Assembly: GCA_964005815.1 (NCBI GenBank)
Contig: CAXFSR010000063.1
Span: 35,560 to 99,559, forward strand
Direction of reading: 5' to 3'
Source: an uncultured Nitrospinaceae bacterium
GTDB taxonomy: Bacteria > UBA8248
Length of the DNA stretch: 64,000 bases
Under the pieces are notes generated by a model. That model did no database searches and had not been told where the DNA came from. It saw only the letters and a list, made by a program, of their open reading frames with translations. Below, one piece after another: positions 1 to 9,646 of the stretch (position 1 is its first letter; every line of letters begins with the position of its first letter). The translations under genes were made by a program, and so were the position numbers.

Positions 1-584
1 CGTAAAGAGACCATACAACCGCCTGAACCTTGAAATTGACCTAAATCATGACAAAGAGTCCTAATGTAAGTACCTCGACTACACTCGACTTCAAATTCCA
101 GATATGGACCCGAAATAGAATTTGCTTTTATGGAAAAGACTTCAATATTCCTTTTTTTTCTATCAATTTCTATTCCATCTCTTGCCAGTTCATAAAGTCT
201 CTTTCCCCCAACATTAACAGCAGAAAACATAGGGGGTGACTGTGAGGTTTCTCCAAGAAATTTGTCTAGAAAATCTTGACATTTAGATAATTCCAATTCA
301 GGAACTTGATTTTCTTCTATTAACCTTCCAGTAACATCTTGTGTTCCTGTAATTTTTCCAAAAATCATGGTTACAGAATAAGATTTTCGCAACTCAAGAA
401 AAAAGGGAAAAGTTCTTGTAGCCGAACCAATCGCAATTGGCAAAACACCTTCGGCCAAGGGATCAAGAGTTCCCAAATGACCAACCTTCACTTTTTCTTT
501 AAAAGATTCTCTAACTTTCACTACAATATCGTGTGATGTAGGCCCTGAAATTTTATTAAGGTTTAAAAATCCAGACATTGACAT
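1..584 (-). CDS. truB: tRNA pseudouridine(55) synthase, 5' part (runs off the window start)
   Basis: Manual translation of the minus strand from ATG 584: MSMSGFLNLNKISGPTSHDIV...KVGHLGTLDPLAEGVLPIAIGSATR (TruB GHxGTLDP motif). Lies directly after rbfA. Not in the ORF track. Confidence 0.93.
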   Translation of the reverse strand, partial: MSMSGFLNLNKISGPTSHDIVVKVRESFKEKVKVGHLGTLDPLAEGVLPIAIGSATRTFPFFLELRKSYSVTMIFGKITGTQDVTGRLIEENQVPELELSKCQDFLDKFLGETSQSPPMFSAVNVGGKRLYELARDGIEIDRKKRNIEVFSIKANSISGPYLEFEVECSRGTYIRTLCHDLGQFQGSGGCMVSL

Positions 585-586
585 AA

Positions 587-964
587 CTAGAGATCCTGAT
601 CTGTCGATAATTTCTGCAATAATTTATCTATTTCAGACATATTTGAAAATGTATTGTCTGAAAAAAACTTAAGAACTGGAACATTTCGCAAATCTAATTT
701 TGCTCCTAATTTTGCTCTTAGAAACTTCCCTGCTTTATTTAAACCCTCCAAACTTTCCTGCAGGACATCTTCATCATTCTTCAAATTATCATATCGACTA
801 AAATATATTTTCGCCTCTCTTAAATCTTTAGTTACTATAACATTTGTCAAAAGAACACTCTTCACACGTGGATCCTTGACGTGAGTCAATATCAACTCTG
901 ACAGTTCTTTTTTTAATAGAACTGCTACGCGTTCTGAACGAGGAATTTTCTCATAATCATTCAT
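587..964 (-). CDS. rbfA: 30S ribosome-binding factor A
   Basis: RSERVA...VKDPRV...VTKDLREAKIY...LRNVPVLKF; position in the infB operon. Confidence 0.95.
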   Translation of the reverse strand: MNDYEKIPRSERVAVLLKKELSELILTHVKDPRVKSVLLTNVIVTKDLREAKIYFSRYDNLKNDEDVLQESLEGLNKAGKFLRAKLGAKLDLRNVPVLKFFSDNTFSNMSEIDKLLQKLSTDQDL

Positions 965-1246
965 TTAAAAAGTCTCAATATTTGATTCTATGATTTCGAC
1001 GGTGCCTACTCCTTCAACAAAATTCACGACTTTCCTCAATTGAGAATCTAAAAATCTAGAATCATTACTCACAATCGATACTCCTAGTTTTCCACGTTGC
1101 CACTTATCATTAGCAATTTCAGAGACCGATGCATTGAAATTATTCCTTATTTTAGCAATAAGAGATTTCACAATACTCCGTTTTTGTTTGAGAGAGGAAC
1201 ACTCAGGAACCAGAAAATCGAGAGTTAACAAACCTATGAATAGCAC
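965..1246 (-). CDS. DUF503 (YlxP-like) protein
   Basis: SLKQKRSIVKSL...FNASVSE...DKWQR motif; usual position between infB and rbfA. Confidence 0.88.
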   Translation of the reverse strand: MLFIGLLTLDFLVPECSSLKQKRSIVKSLIAKIRNNFNASVSEIANDKWQRGKLGVSIVSNDSRFLDSQLRKVVNFVEGVGTVEIIESNIETF

Positions 1247-1273
1247 TTTATCACGCGGACATATCTTGAAGTA

Positions 1274-3448
1274 TTAAATAGTTCTAGCAATTTCTTCTAT
1301 TGTATAAGATTCAATAATATCACCAACCTTTATATCATTAAAACCTTCTATTCCTACACCACATTCATATCCTTCCCTTACTTCATTAACGTCATCTTTG
1401 AATCTTTTCAAAGATGAAATATCACCCGTATAAATCACAACACTATCACGAATTAAACGCACTTTTAGGTTTCTTCTAATAGAACCCTCTTTCACAAAAC
1501 ATCCAGCAATAACACCTACAGAAGGAATTCTAAACAGATCTCTCACTTCTACATTGCCAACTTCAACTTCTTTTCTTACAGGCTCTAAAATTCCACTTAA
1601 TGAAGACTTCACTTCTTCAATCGCATCGTAGATAACCGAATGTAATCTAATATCTATATTTTCTTTTTTAGCTGCATCTCTTGCCCCTGTTGTAGGTCTT
1701 ACATTAAAACCAACAATTACTGAATTTGAGGCCGTAGCAAGCATCACATCTGTTTCTGAAATACCACCGACAGAATCATGAACAACTTTCACAGAAACTT
1801 CTTCATTTCCTAGCTTTGCTAAACTTTCCCTCAAAGCCTCAATACTGCCTTGTGTATCCGCTTTCAAAATAAGATTTAATTCCTTTAAATCCCCTTCTTT
1901 GACAACATCCATAAAATTCTCAAGATTGACATTATTAATGCCCATTAAGCTTGTAACTCTTTCTCTTTGTGATCTTCTGGAACTAATTTCTCTTGCTGTT
2001 CTTTCATCTTCGACGACATTCAGAACATCCCCAGCTTGAGGAACTCCGGAAAAACCAACAATTTCTACTGGTGTTGATGGACCTACATCTTCGCATTTCT
2101 TTCCTTTATCATCGAACAATGCACGAACTTTTCCATTCCATTTTCCCGAAACGAAATTATCTCCAACACTTAATCTGCCTCTTTGTACTAATACAGTAGC
2201 AACGGGACCTCTTCCCTTGTCAAGTTTTGCTTCAACAACAATTCCAGAAGCGTTGCATTTCCCATTCGCCTTCAGTTCCAACATTTCTGCTTGCAGAATT
2301 GCCAGATCAAGTAAATCCTCTATCCCACTTCCATCCTTTGCGGAGACCGGGCAGAAAACCGTATCTCCTCCCCAGTCTTCAGGGATCAAGTTTAATTCAG
2401 AAAGTTGCTGTTTGATTCTATCAGGATTCGCATCTGGCAAATCCATTTTGTTTATTGCAACCATAATCACAACACCAGCATCCTTTGCATGAGAAACCGC
2501 TTCTCTTGTTTGTGGCATTACACCCTCATTCGCTGCAACAACAAGTACAACCAAATCAGTTATCTGTGACCCCCTTGCCCTCATAGCAGCAAATGCTTCA
2601 TGACCTGGAGTGTCTATGAATACAGCAGTACCTTTGTCAGTAACAACACGATAAGCACCAATATGCTGAGTAATTCCTCCTGCTTCACTATCCATAACAT
2701 TCGCATTTCTTATTGAATCAAGAAGACGTGTTTTCCCATGATCAACGTGACCCATAACAGTAATAACTGGGGCACGAACTACCATTTCTTCAGGCTTATC
2801 ATCAATTTGCTCTAGAGATTCCTCCAGCAAATCTTTTGTCAGTTCAACCTCACATTCGAAAAACTCACAAATAGTAGAAGCTGTCTTGAAATCGATAGAC
2901 TGATTAAGTGTTGTCATCTCACCCTTAGACATCAAATGTTTTATGATGTCCGTACTATTTATTTTAAGTTTCTCTGCTAGTTCACTTACAGTAATTACCT
3001 CCCCTAATTTGATTCTATTTACGGGAGAAGAAATCGCAGCGGTTTCTCCAATCTCTTCAACCTCTTGTTCCATTTCCTCTTCCACAATTTCTTCATTTAG
3101 AACATCATCTTCTTCTGCTGTAGGTTCTTCTTCTAGAACTTCTATTTTTTCATCCTGAGACTTCACTTCTTCTACGACCACCTCTTCTTGTACTTCTACT
3201 TTTTCTTTTTTTGTTTCTTTTTCTGTTTCTTTTTCTTTCGAAGAAGATTTTTTCTTGGCAGTAGTTTTTTTGGAAGCAGATTTTTTTTCTTCTACTTTAA
3301 AGAGTTCCATAATAAGTTCCACTGTCTCATCATCTACAGTGCTCATATGACTCTTTACCTTAATTCCTTCTTTCTCTAACTCTTTAACAAAAAGTTTACT
3401 TTCAAACCCTAACTCTTTCGCTAAAGTATAGACTCTGGTATTTGCCAT
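1274..3448 (-). CDS. infB: Translation initiation factor IF-2
   Basis: GHVDHGKT, GGITQHIGAY, DTPGHEAF, NKMD GTPase motifs; C-terminal SLKRFKDDVNEV. Confidence 0.99.
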   Translation of the reverse strand: MANTRVYTLAKELGFESKLFVKELEKEGIKVKSHMSTVDDETVELIMELFKVEEKKSASKKTTAKKKSSSKEKETEKETKKEKVEVQEEVVVEEVKSQDEKIEVLEEEPTAEEDDVLNEEIVEEEMEQEVEEIGETAAISSPVNRIKLGEVITVSELAEKLKINSTDIIKHLMSKGEMTTLNQSIDFKTASTICEFFECEVELTKDLLEESLEQIDDKPEEMVVRAPVITVMGHVDHGKTRLLDSIRNANVMDSEAGGITQHIGAYRVVTDKGTAVFIDTPGHEAFAAMRARGSQITDLVVLVVAANEGVMPQTREAVSHAKDAGVVIMVAINKMDLPDANPDRIKQQLSELNLIPEDWGGDTVFCPVSAKDGSGIEDLLDLAILQAEMLELKANGKCNASGIVVEAKLDKGRGPVATVLVQRGRLSVGDNFVSGKWNGKVRALFDDKGKKCEDVGPSTPVEIVGFSGVPQAGDVLNVVEDERTAREISSRRSQRERVTSLMGINNVNLENFMDVVKEGDLKELNLILKADTQGSIEALRESLAKLGNEEVSVKVVHDSVGGISETDVMLATASNSVIVGFNVRPTTGARDAAKKENIDIRLHSVIYDAIEEVKSSLSGILEPVRKEVEVGNVEVRDLFRIPSVGVIAGCFVKEGSIRRNLKVRLIRDSVVIYTGDISSLKRFKDDVNEVREGYECGVGIEGFNDIKVGDIIESYTIEEIARTI

Positions 3449-3533
3449 TCATCACCTTATTTAAAATATTCGAAGATCAAATATAACAAAAATTAATTCC
3501 CTATTTAAAGCTAACTAAAAACCCGTTCGTTTA

Positions 3534-4850
3534 TTACTCGGAATCAGTTTTTTGAAATTCTTTTGCTGATTCAATAAGTAAATTTGCTCTGGTTGGCCCA
3601 ATGCCCGGAACCTCACAAAGCGCTTCCGGTGTAGTTGAAGCAATGGATTCAATATCATTAAAACCATTATTCATTAGCAACTCAGCCATTTTGTCACCTA
3701 CAACTTCCAACTTAAGCAATTCATTATCTACAGCATCACTCTCATTGGCATCTTTCTTGTCCTTTTTCGCACTTTTATCACCAGAAAATGTTTGCTCCGC
3801 GATGAGCCTTCTATATTCACCTTCCGCTTTCATATCAATTTTCCAGCCTAATAGTCGTGACGCCAATCTTACATTTTGCCCAGATTTTCCAATTGCTATA
3901 GAAAGTTGATCGTCTGGCACAAGTATCTCCATTCTTTTCTCTTCTTCGAAAAGATCAATATGCTGTATTTTCGCTGGATTTAATGCATTTTCAGCGTATG
4001 TTCTAATATCCTCATTCCAAAGAACGATATCAATCCTCTCTCCGCGTAATTCTTGTACAATATTCTGCACTCTTGTTCCTCTAGGACCAACACAAGCTCC
4101 CACTGCATCAACATCTCTATCACGACTCGTTACTGCAATCTTTGAACGCCCACTAGGCTCTCTAACACATTCTTTCACCTCAACAATCCCATCATAGATT
4201 TCAGGAACCTCCATTTCAAAAAGTCGCACTACCAACCCCGGGTGAGTTCTACTCAAAACTACCTGAGGACCTTGAGGACCTTTTGTAAATTCCCTTACTT
4301 CTAAAATATAACACCGAATCCTATCGTTTCTTTTGTATACCTCTTTATAAATCTGCTCTCTTCTTGGAAGAATCGCTTCTGTCCGTCCAATATCAACATA
4401 AATATTGCCTTTATCAATTTGGGAGACAGAGCCTGTAATAAGTTCGCCAACTCTACCAATAAATTCACCATATATTTTTGATCTTTCCGCATCCCTTAAT
4501 CTCTGGGAAATGACCTGTTTCGCTGTAGAAGCAGCAATACGTCCTAATCCCTCAACTTGAAGATCTATTATCAAGTAATCGCCTAACGATATATCTTCTT
4601 TTTGCAGAATCGCATCTTCTAATAAAATCTGCAGTTCAGGATCTTCTATTTCAGAAACTACTTCTTTTCTGGCCTGCAATTTGATTTCACCCGTTACAGA
4701 ATCAAATTCTGCATCTACATTATCTCCTAATTTATATTGTCTCTTTGATGCAGAAACAATAGCTGCCTTCATCGCTTCCATTAAAACATCTCTAGGAATA
4801 CCCTTGTCACGCTCTAATTCAGACAGAACTTCTAAAATCTCTTTGTTCAC
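3534..4850 (-). CDS. nusA: Transcription termination/antitermination factor NusA
   Basis: GRIAASTAKQVI, EVPEIYDG, GACVG, AIGKSGQNVRLASRL; C-terminal HhH extension. Confidence 0.98.
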   Translation of the reverse strand: MNKEILEVLSELERDKGIPRDVLMEAMKAAIVSASKRQYKLGDNVDAEFDSVTGEIKLQARKEVVSEIEDPELQILLEDAILQKEDISLGDYLIIDLQVEGLGRIAASTAKQVISQRLRDAERSKIYGEFIGRVGELITGSVSQIDKGNIYVDIGRTEAILPRREQIYKEVYKRNDRIRCYILEVREFTKGPQGPQVVLSRTHPGLVVRLFEMEVPEIYDGIVEVKECVREPSGRSKIAVTSRDRDVDAVGACVGPRGTRVQNIVQELRGERIDIVLWNEDIRTYAENALNPAKIQHIDLFEEEKRMEILVPDDQLSIAIGKSGQNVRLASRLLGWKIDMKAEGEYRRLIAEQTFSGDKSAKKDKKDANESDAVDNELLKLEVVGDKMAELLMNNGFNDIESIASTTPEALCEVPGIGPTRANLLIESAKEFQKTDSE

Positions 4851-4875
4851 GAGAAAACCCCTTTACATTTAATAT

Positions 4876-5379
4876 CTATCTTTGAAATTCAGAATCTTTC
4901 TCTAACTCTGCATTCCAATCAATCTCAAGCTTTGCTTTAACAATTTCACTGAAAGAAACTTCAAAAACTGTTTTATCTTTTGATTCTATTTTAATGACTT
5001 CATCTTCTACTTGATTAATTGTACCTACAAGATTTCTTTTTCCTGTCCTTTCAAGATGTGAGTCGGACAATCTGACACGAACCACCTTCCCTTGAAAATG
5101 AACAAAATCAGAAAGTTTTTTTAAAGGTCTATCAATACCAGGACTCGAGACCTCTAACTGATAATTTTCTGATGCCAATCCTTCTTTTTCAATTTCTTCT
5201 TCCAAAAACCTACTGATTTTCTCACAATCGTTTAACGTAATCCCGTCACGATTGTCTATAAATATTCTCAAATGGTCTCTTCCTCGCGAAACAGAATGCT
5301 GCAGTTCTACAAGATAAAAACCTTTTTTCGATACCAAATCTTCAATTAATGACGATAAATCGTTTTTGGCCATCTTCAA
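4876..5379 (-). CDS. rimP: Ribosome maturation factor RimP (start may be ATG 5373)
   Basis: LRIFID..GITLNDCEKISR, YQLEVSSPGIDRPL. Confidence 0.96.
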   Translation of the reverse strand: MKMAKNDLSSLIEDLVSKKGFYLVELQHSVSRGRDHLRIFIDNRDGITLNDCEKISRFLEEEIEKEGLASENYQLEVSSPGIDRPLKKLSDFVHFQGKVVRVRLSDSHLERTGKRNLVGTINQVEDEVIKIESKDKTVFEVSFSEIVKAKLEIDWNAELEKDSEFQR

Positions 5380-5395
5380 CTATAAAAATTAGAAT

Positions 5396-5423
5396 AAAAA
5401 AAAGGGACCCTTGCCGGACCCTT
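5396..5423 (-). terminator. Intrinsic-terminator-like hairpin/attenuator in the rimP leader
   Basis: Minus strand AAGGGTCC-GGCAA-GGGTCCCTT followed by a T-run, about 20 nt upstream of rimP. Confidence 0.55.
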
Positions 5424-5447
5424 AAACAGTTTCATTCAAGTTAGATA

Positions 5448-5476
5448 AATCTATTCCCATTCTCCAAAAAGTGCAA
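5448..5476 (-). promoter_or_regulatory. Putative sigma70 promoter of the rimP-nusA-infB operon
   Basis: Minus strand TTGCAC-N17-TAGATT just upstream of the leader hairpin. Confidence 0.4.
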
Positions 5477-5625
5477 GTCCTTTTTTTAGTTTTAAATTTT
5501 CTACACTTACTCCTAAGGAGAAAACTTGCTCGAGAGTTGCCGAAATGTTAGCATAGCGCATTCTTTCGAAAAGAAAGTGAATATATCATTTAGTAATTAC
5601 TCGCATAAATTTTAAGTGGAACCTC

Positions 5626-6597
5626 ATGTCATCAATTACCAAAAAAAATGCACTTTGGATTTTCGAAACGATGCTTCGTATTCGTCGTTTTGAAGAAGCA
5701 TCCATCGATCTCTTCACCAAAGGGGAACTCCCCGGGTTTTTACATGCCTACATAGGCGAAGAAGCTGTTGCCTCTGGCATATGTGTTCATTTAACTCCCC
5801 GCGACCAAATTACTTCCACACACAGGGGACACGGACATATGATTGCCAAAGGTCTCCATTATAAAGGAATGTTCTCAGAACTCTACGCAAAACAAACTGG
5901 ATACTGTAAGGGCAAAGGCGGATCCATGCATATTGCCGATCAAGAACTTGGAGTCCTTGGAGCGAACGGAATTGTAGGTGGAGGAATCCCTATTGCTGCA
6001 GGTGCTGCTCTGGGCCTCAAACTACAAAAAACAAAAGATATAGCAGTCTGTTTTTTTGGTGACGGAGCAAGTAACGAAGGAGCGTTCCACGAAGGAATCA
6101 ATCTTGCCTCTACATGGAAACTTCCCGTTGTCTTTGTTTGTGAAAACAATGGATTTGCAGAAAGCACACCGCAAAAGAATCACCAATCTGTTTCAGACAT
6201 TGCAGACAGAGCTAAATCCTACAATATTCCAGGCATTGTCGCAGATGGCATGGATCCTATGTCTATTTATGAAATAGCAGGAGAGGCTATCAAAAGAGCG
6301 AGAAGTGGAAAAGGTCCTACACTTATCGAAGCAAAAACTATGCGTTTCTTAGGACATTACGTAGGAGACCCTGGCACAGCCTATGGTCATGACAAAGTCG
6401 TTGGTAAATGGAAAAAAATGGATCCCATCGTGACCTTTGAAGATTTCCTTAAAGAAAAAAAATGGATCGCCGATGATCACAAAGAAAAATTAATTAGTTC
6501 TATCAATCAGGAAATTGAGGAAGCTATTCTTTTTGCAAAAGAAAGTCCAGAACCTGATTTTGATGATGCGCTCGAAGATGTATATGCAGACTTATAA
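5626..6597 (+). CDS. TPP-dependent dehydrogenase E1 alpha (acetoin/pyruvate dehydrogenase type)
   Basis: STHRGHGH, GKGGSMH, GDGASNEG...ENN TPP-binding motif. Confidence 0.93.
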   Translation: MSSITKKNALWIFETMLRIRRFEEASIDLFTKGELPGFLHAYIGEEAVASGICVHLTPRDQITSTHRGHGHMIAKGLHYKGMFSELYAKQTGYCKGKGGSMHIADQELGVLGANGIVGGGIPIAAGAALGLKLQKTKDIAVCFFGDGASNEGAFHEGINLASTWKLPVVFVCENNGFAESTPQKNHQSVSDIADRAKSYNIPGIVADGMDPMSIYEIAGEAIKRARSGKGPTLIEAKTMRFLGHYVGDPGTAYGHDKVVGKWKKMDPIVTFEDFLKEKKWIADDHKEKLISSINQEIEEAILFAKESPEPDFDDALEDVYADL

Positions 6598-6609
6598 GAA
6601 AAAGAGACT

Positions 6610-7587
6610 ATGAGAGAAATACTCTATAGAGACGCGATTATAGAAGCGTTAGATGAAGAAATGAAAAAGGACAAATCCGTCTTTCTTCTTGGCGAAGATA
6701 TCGCTGAGTTTGGCGGTTCCTACAAAACGACTGCAGGTCTTTTTAAAAAATACGGAAAAGAAAGAGTGAGAAATACTCCTATCTCTGAACAAGGAATTGT
6801 AGGAGCGACATTAGGAGCAGCACTAGTTGGCATGAAACCTGTAGCAGAACTTATGTATATTGACTTTACTGCTGTGGCTATGGACCAAATTGTAAATCAG
6901 GTAGCCAAAGTACGTTATATGTTTGGAGGAAAAGCAAAGACATCACTCGTGATTCGAACTCAGGGAGGTGCGGGAAGAAGTTCAGCTGCCCAGCACGCAC
7001 AAAGCCTAGAATCCTGGTTTGTTCATATCCCTGGACTGAAAGTAGTCATGCCCTCTTGCTCTTACGATGCTAAAGGTCTTCTAAAAAGTGCAATACGGGA
7101 TCCAGATCCAGTACTTTTCATAGAACACAAACTTCTATACCTAGAGAAGGGACCAACACCAAAAAAAGAATATCTTGTTCCTATCGGCGTGGCAGAAGTA
7201 AAAAGAGAAGGCACAGACATTACCGTGGTAGCTACCTCCTCCATGGTACAAAAATCCATAGACGCAGCTGAGGAACTGGAAGAATCAGGGATTTCAGTAG
7301 AAGTCATAGATCCAAAAACTCTTTTTCCTTTAGACAAAGAAACCATCCTTTCTTCCATTAGAAAAACAAACCGGCTTTTGATCACGCACGAAGCGGTAGA
7401 GAGATGTGGATGGGGAGCAGAAATTGCTGCTATAGCATCAAAAGAAGCTTTTGATTATTTAGATGCGCCGATAGAAAGAGTTGCCGCAAAAGAAACTCCC
7501 GTGCCCTTTTCGCCAAAGCTAGAAAATTTTATAATACCAAATAAAGATGATGTAATAGAAGGTATAAAAAGAACCGTCCTTGGATAA
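6610..7587 (+). CDS. TPP-dependent dehydrogenase E1 beta
   Basis: LLGEDI, RVRNTPISE, DQIVNQVAK, AAQHAQSLE. Confidence 0.93.
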   Translation: MREILYRDAIIEALDEEMKKDKSVFLLGEDIAEFGGSYKTTAGLFKKYGKERVRNTPISEQGIVGATLGAALVGMKPVAELMYIDFTAVAMDQIVNQVAKVRYMFGGKAKTSLVIRTQGGAGRSSAAQHAQSLESWFVHIPGLKVVMPSCSYDAKGLLKSAIRDPDPVLFIEHKLLYLEKGPTPKKEYLVPIGVAEVKREGTDITVVATSSMVQKSIDAAEELEESGISVEVIDPKTLFPLDKETILSSIRKTNRLLITHEAVERCGWGAEIAAIASKEAFDYLDAPIERVAAKETPVPFSPKLENFIIPNKDDVIEGIKRTVLG

Positions 7588-7621
7588 GTTGAAAGTTTTC
7601 ATCTTGTAAAGGAGTAATGTA

Positions 7622-8815
7622 ATGGCCACACAAATGCCCATGCCGAAACTGGGTCTTACCATGGAAGAAGGTACGATTATTGCATGGAGAAAAGAAGAAG
7701 GCGATGCAGTCAAAAAAGGAGAAATTCTTTTAGATATCCAAACAGACAAAGTAGAATACGAAGTAGAATCCCCAGACAACGGAATTCTACTAAAGAAAAT
7801 TTTTGATGCTGACTCTGTAGTTCCCTGCGGTGAAAACATAGCCGTTATTGGAGCAAAAGGAGAAAAAGTTGATTCCGCAACCCCTGCTCCAAAAGCCGAA
7901 AAAGGAAAAGAACGTGTGAAAGAAGAATCAAGTAATGTTAATCAAACAAAAGCGGCCGCACCTGTGGGCAATAGAATCTTCGCTAGTCCTGCTGCAAAAA
8001 GGTTGGCAAAAGAGTTAGGGGTAGATTACACAACCGTACAGGGTTCAGGACCAAACGGAAGAATTATATTAAAAGATATTGAGGGTGCTTCTAAACAAAC
8101 TGCCCCTGTCGTTTCCCAAGAAGTTTCTTATGGAACTGAACCTGTTTCACCCATGAGAAAAGTAGTTGCACAAAGAATGTCTGAAAGCTGGTCGAATGTA
8201 GCTAGAATCACGTTGCAATCTGAGGTAGATATTACCAACCTACTTGCGGTAAGAAATGCAAGTAGCCAGGCATGGGAAACAGATCTTGGCGTAAAAATTT
8301 CAATAAACGATTTGATTCTTTTCTACACCGCAAGAGCTATTCAAAAATGTCCTGCTGTGAACGTGAAGTTTTTGGGAGACACTATCGAACGTGCTGAACA
8401 AATCAATATCGGGGTAGCCGTAGCTTTAGAAGATGGATTGATAGTCCCTGTACTTAAAAATGCAGATCAAAAAAGTATCGATGCCATATCTTCAGAAACC
8501 AATGTATTGGCAACTGCTGCTAGAAACGGAACTTTGGAACCAGATTCTCTGCAAGGGGGAACGTTCACCGTGACGAATCTAGGTGCCTACGGAGTCGACC
8601 ATTTCTCTGCGATTATCAATTATCCAGAAAGTGCTATTTTATCTGTCGGGGCAGCAAGAGAAAGAGCTGTAGTCAGAAACGGAGAAGTTGTACCAGGTAC
8701 CACAGCCTACTTTGGGATCAACTGTGACCACCGCATTATCGACGGCGCTCCAGCAGCAGAGTTTCTAAAAACGCTAAAAGAGATGCTGGAACATCCGAAA
8801 GTCATGCCTGCATAA
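7622..8815 (+). CDS. Dihydrolipoamide acyltransferase E2
   Basis: Lipoyl domain (QTDKV), E3-binding ASPAAKRLA..GSGPNGRI, catalytic DHRIIDG. Confidence 0.94.
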   Translation: MATQMPMPKLGLTMEEGTIIAWRKEEGDAVKKGEILLDIQTDKVEYEVESPDNGILLKKIFDADSVVPCGENIAVIGAKGEKVDSATPAPKAEKGKERVKEESSNVNQTKAAAPVGNRIFASPAAKRLAKELGVDYTTVQGSGPNGRIILKDIEGASKQTAPVVSQEVSYGTEPVSPMRKVVAQRMSESWSNVARITLQSEVDITNLLAVRNASSQAWETDLGVKISINDLILFYTARAIQKCPAVNVKFLGDTIERAEQINIGVAVALEDGLIVPVLKNADQKSIDAISSETNVLATAARNGTLEPDSLQGGTFTVTNLGAYGVDHFSAIINYPESAILSVGAARERAVVRNGEVVPGTTAYFGINCDHRIIDGAPAAEFLKTLKEMLEHPKVMPA

Positions 8816-8868
8816 ACCAGCAATTAGAAACAAGAATATTTTTTTCATCACTCCCAAAAAGATGAAAA

Positions 8869-9600
8869 TCATTTACTATGTTTTCTAAAAAAACGAACTG
8901 TTCTTTTCAGCGCATCTTTGTCTGTTTTTTCGTCGTATTCATATTTTCTGCTTCTTTTTGCATCCCATGCATGATCTATATTTTCATATACATGAATCAC
9001 TAGTTTTCCTCCCCGGTCTTTGATATCTGACCAGGCATCGTGCGCAAAATCGATCTTTTGGGTGGAATCGGAATCCCCGTGCAAAGCAAGAAGCGGAGTA
9101 CTGTTTTTACTAAAATATTCCATGGGATATTCATTTGTCATGTCCGGTCCAAAATTGGCTTTCCAGACCCCGTAGTGAGATGCTCCTGCATTCACCACGC
9201 CTTTCCCTGTAAGAAAACAAGCCCAAAATCCTCCATTAGAAAAACCGGCAGTAAAAATATTATTTTTATCTATCTTCGGATCTTTCTTCATTAAAGCAAC
9301 AATTTCAAGAAGTTCCTTTTCAATAGGCTCTCTATATTCATCAAACGTTTCCATACGGTTTGAACTCGAGATACCGTGCTTTTTGAAAAAATCTGGGGCA
9401 TACACAGCAAAACCATTTTTAATATATTTTGGAATCTGTTTTCGGACTGTCTTGAATCCGCCGCTTGTATGTAAAAGGATTACCGCAGGAAATTTCTTAT
9501 CCCCGGATGGATACTGCACCTTGTGATAAATAGGTTCAGATGACAACAAAAAGATTGGAGCAAGAAAAAAAGCCAAAAAGAAAACTAAAATCTTCTGCAT
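8869..9600 (-). CDS. Exported dienelactone hydrolase-family alpha/beta hydrolase
   Basis: N-terminal signal peptide; GFSNGG nucleophile elbow, LHGDSD, HAWD. Confidence 0.8.
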   Translation of the reverse strand: MQKILVFFLAFFLAPIFLLSSEPIYHKVQYPSGDKKFPAVILLHTSGGFKTVRKQIPKYIKNGFAVYAPDFFKKHGISSSNRMETFDEYREPIEKELLEIVALMKKDPKIDKNNIFTAGFSNGGFWACFLTGKGVVNAGASHYGVWKANFGPDMTNEYPMEYFSKNSTPLLALHGDSDSTQKIDFAHDAWSDIKDRGGKLVIHVYENIDHAWDAKRSRKYEYDEKTDKDALKRTVRFFRKHSK

Positions 9601-9646
9601 ACAAGTTCCTTTTTTCTAAAGAAAAGAAAAATAATGTATAGATTTC

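Noticed and set aside
4261..4281. 9-bp tandem duplication giving GPQGPQ in NusA
   Set aside because: Tiny in-frame loop duplication with no evident significance.
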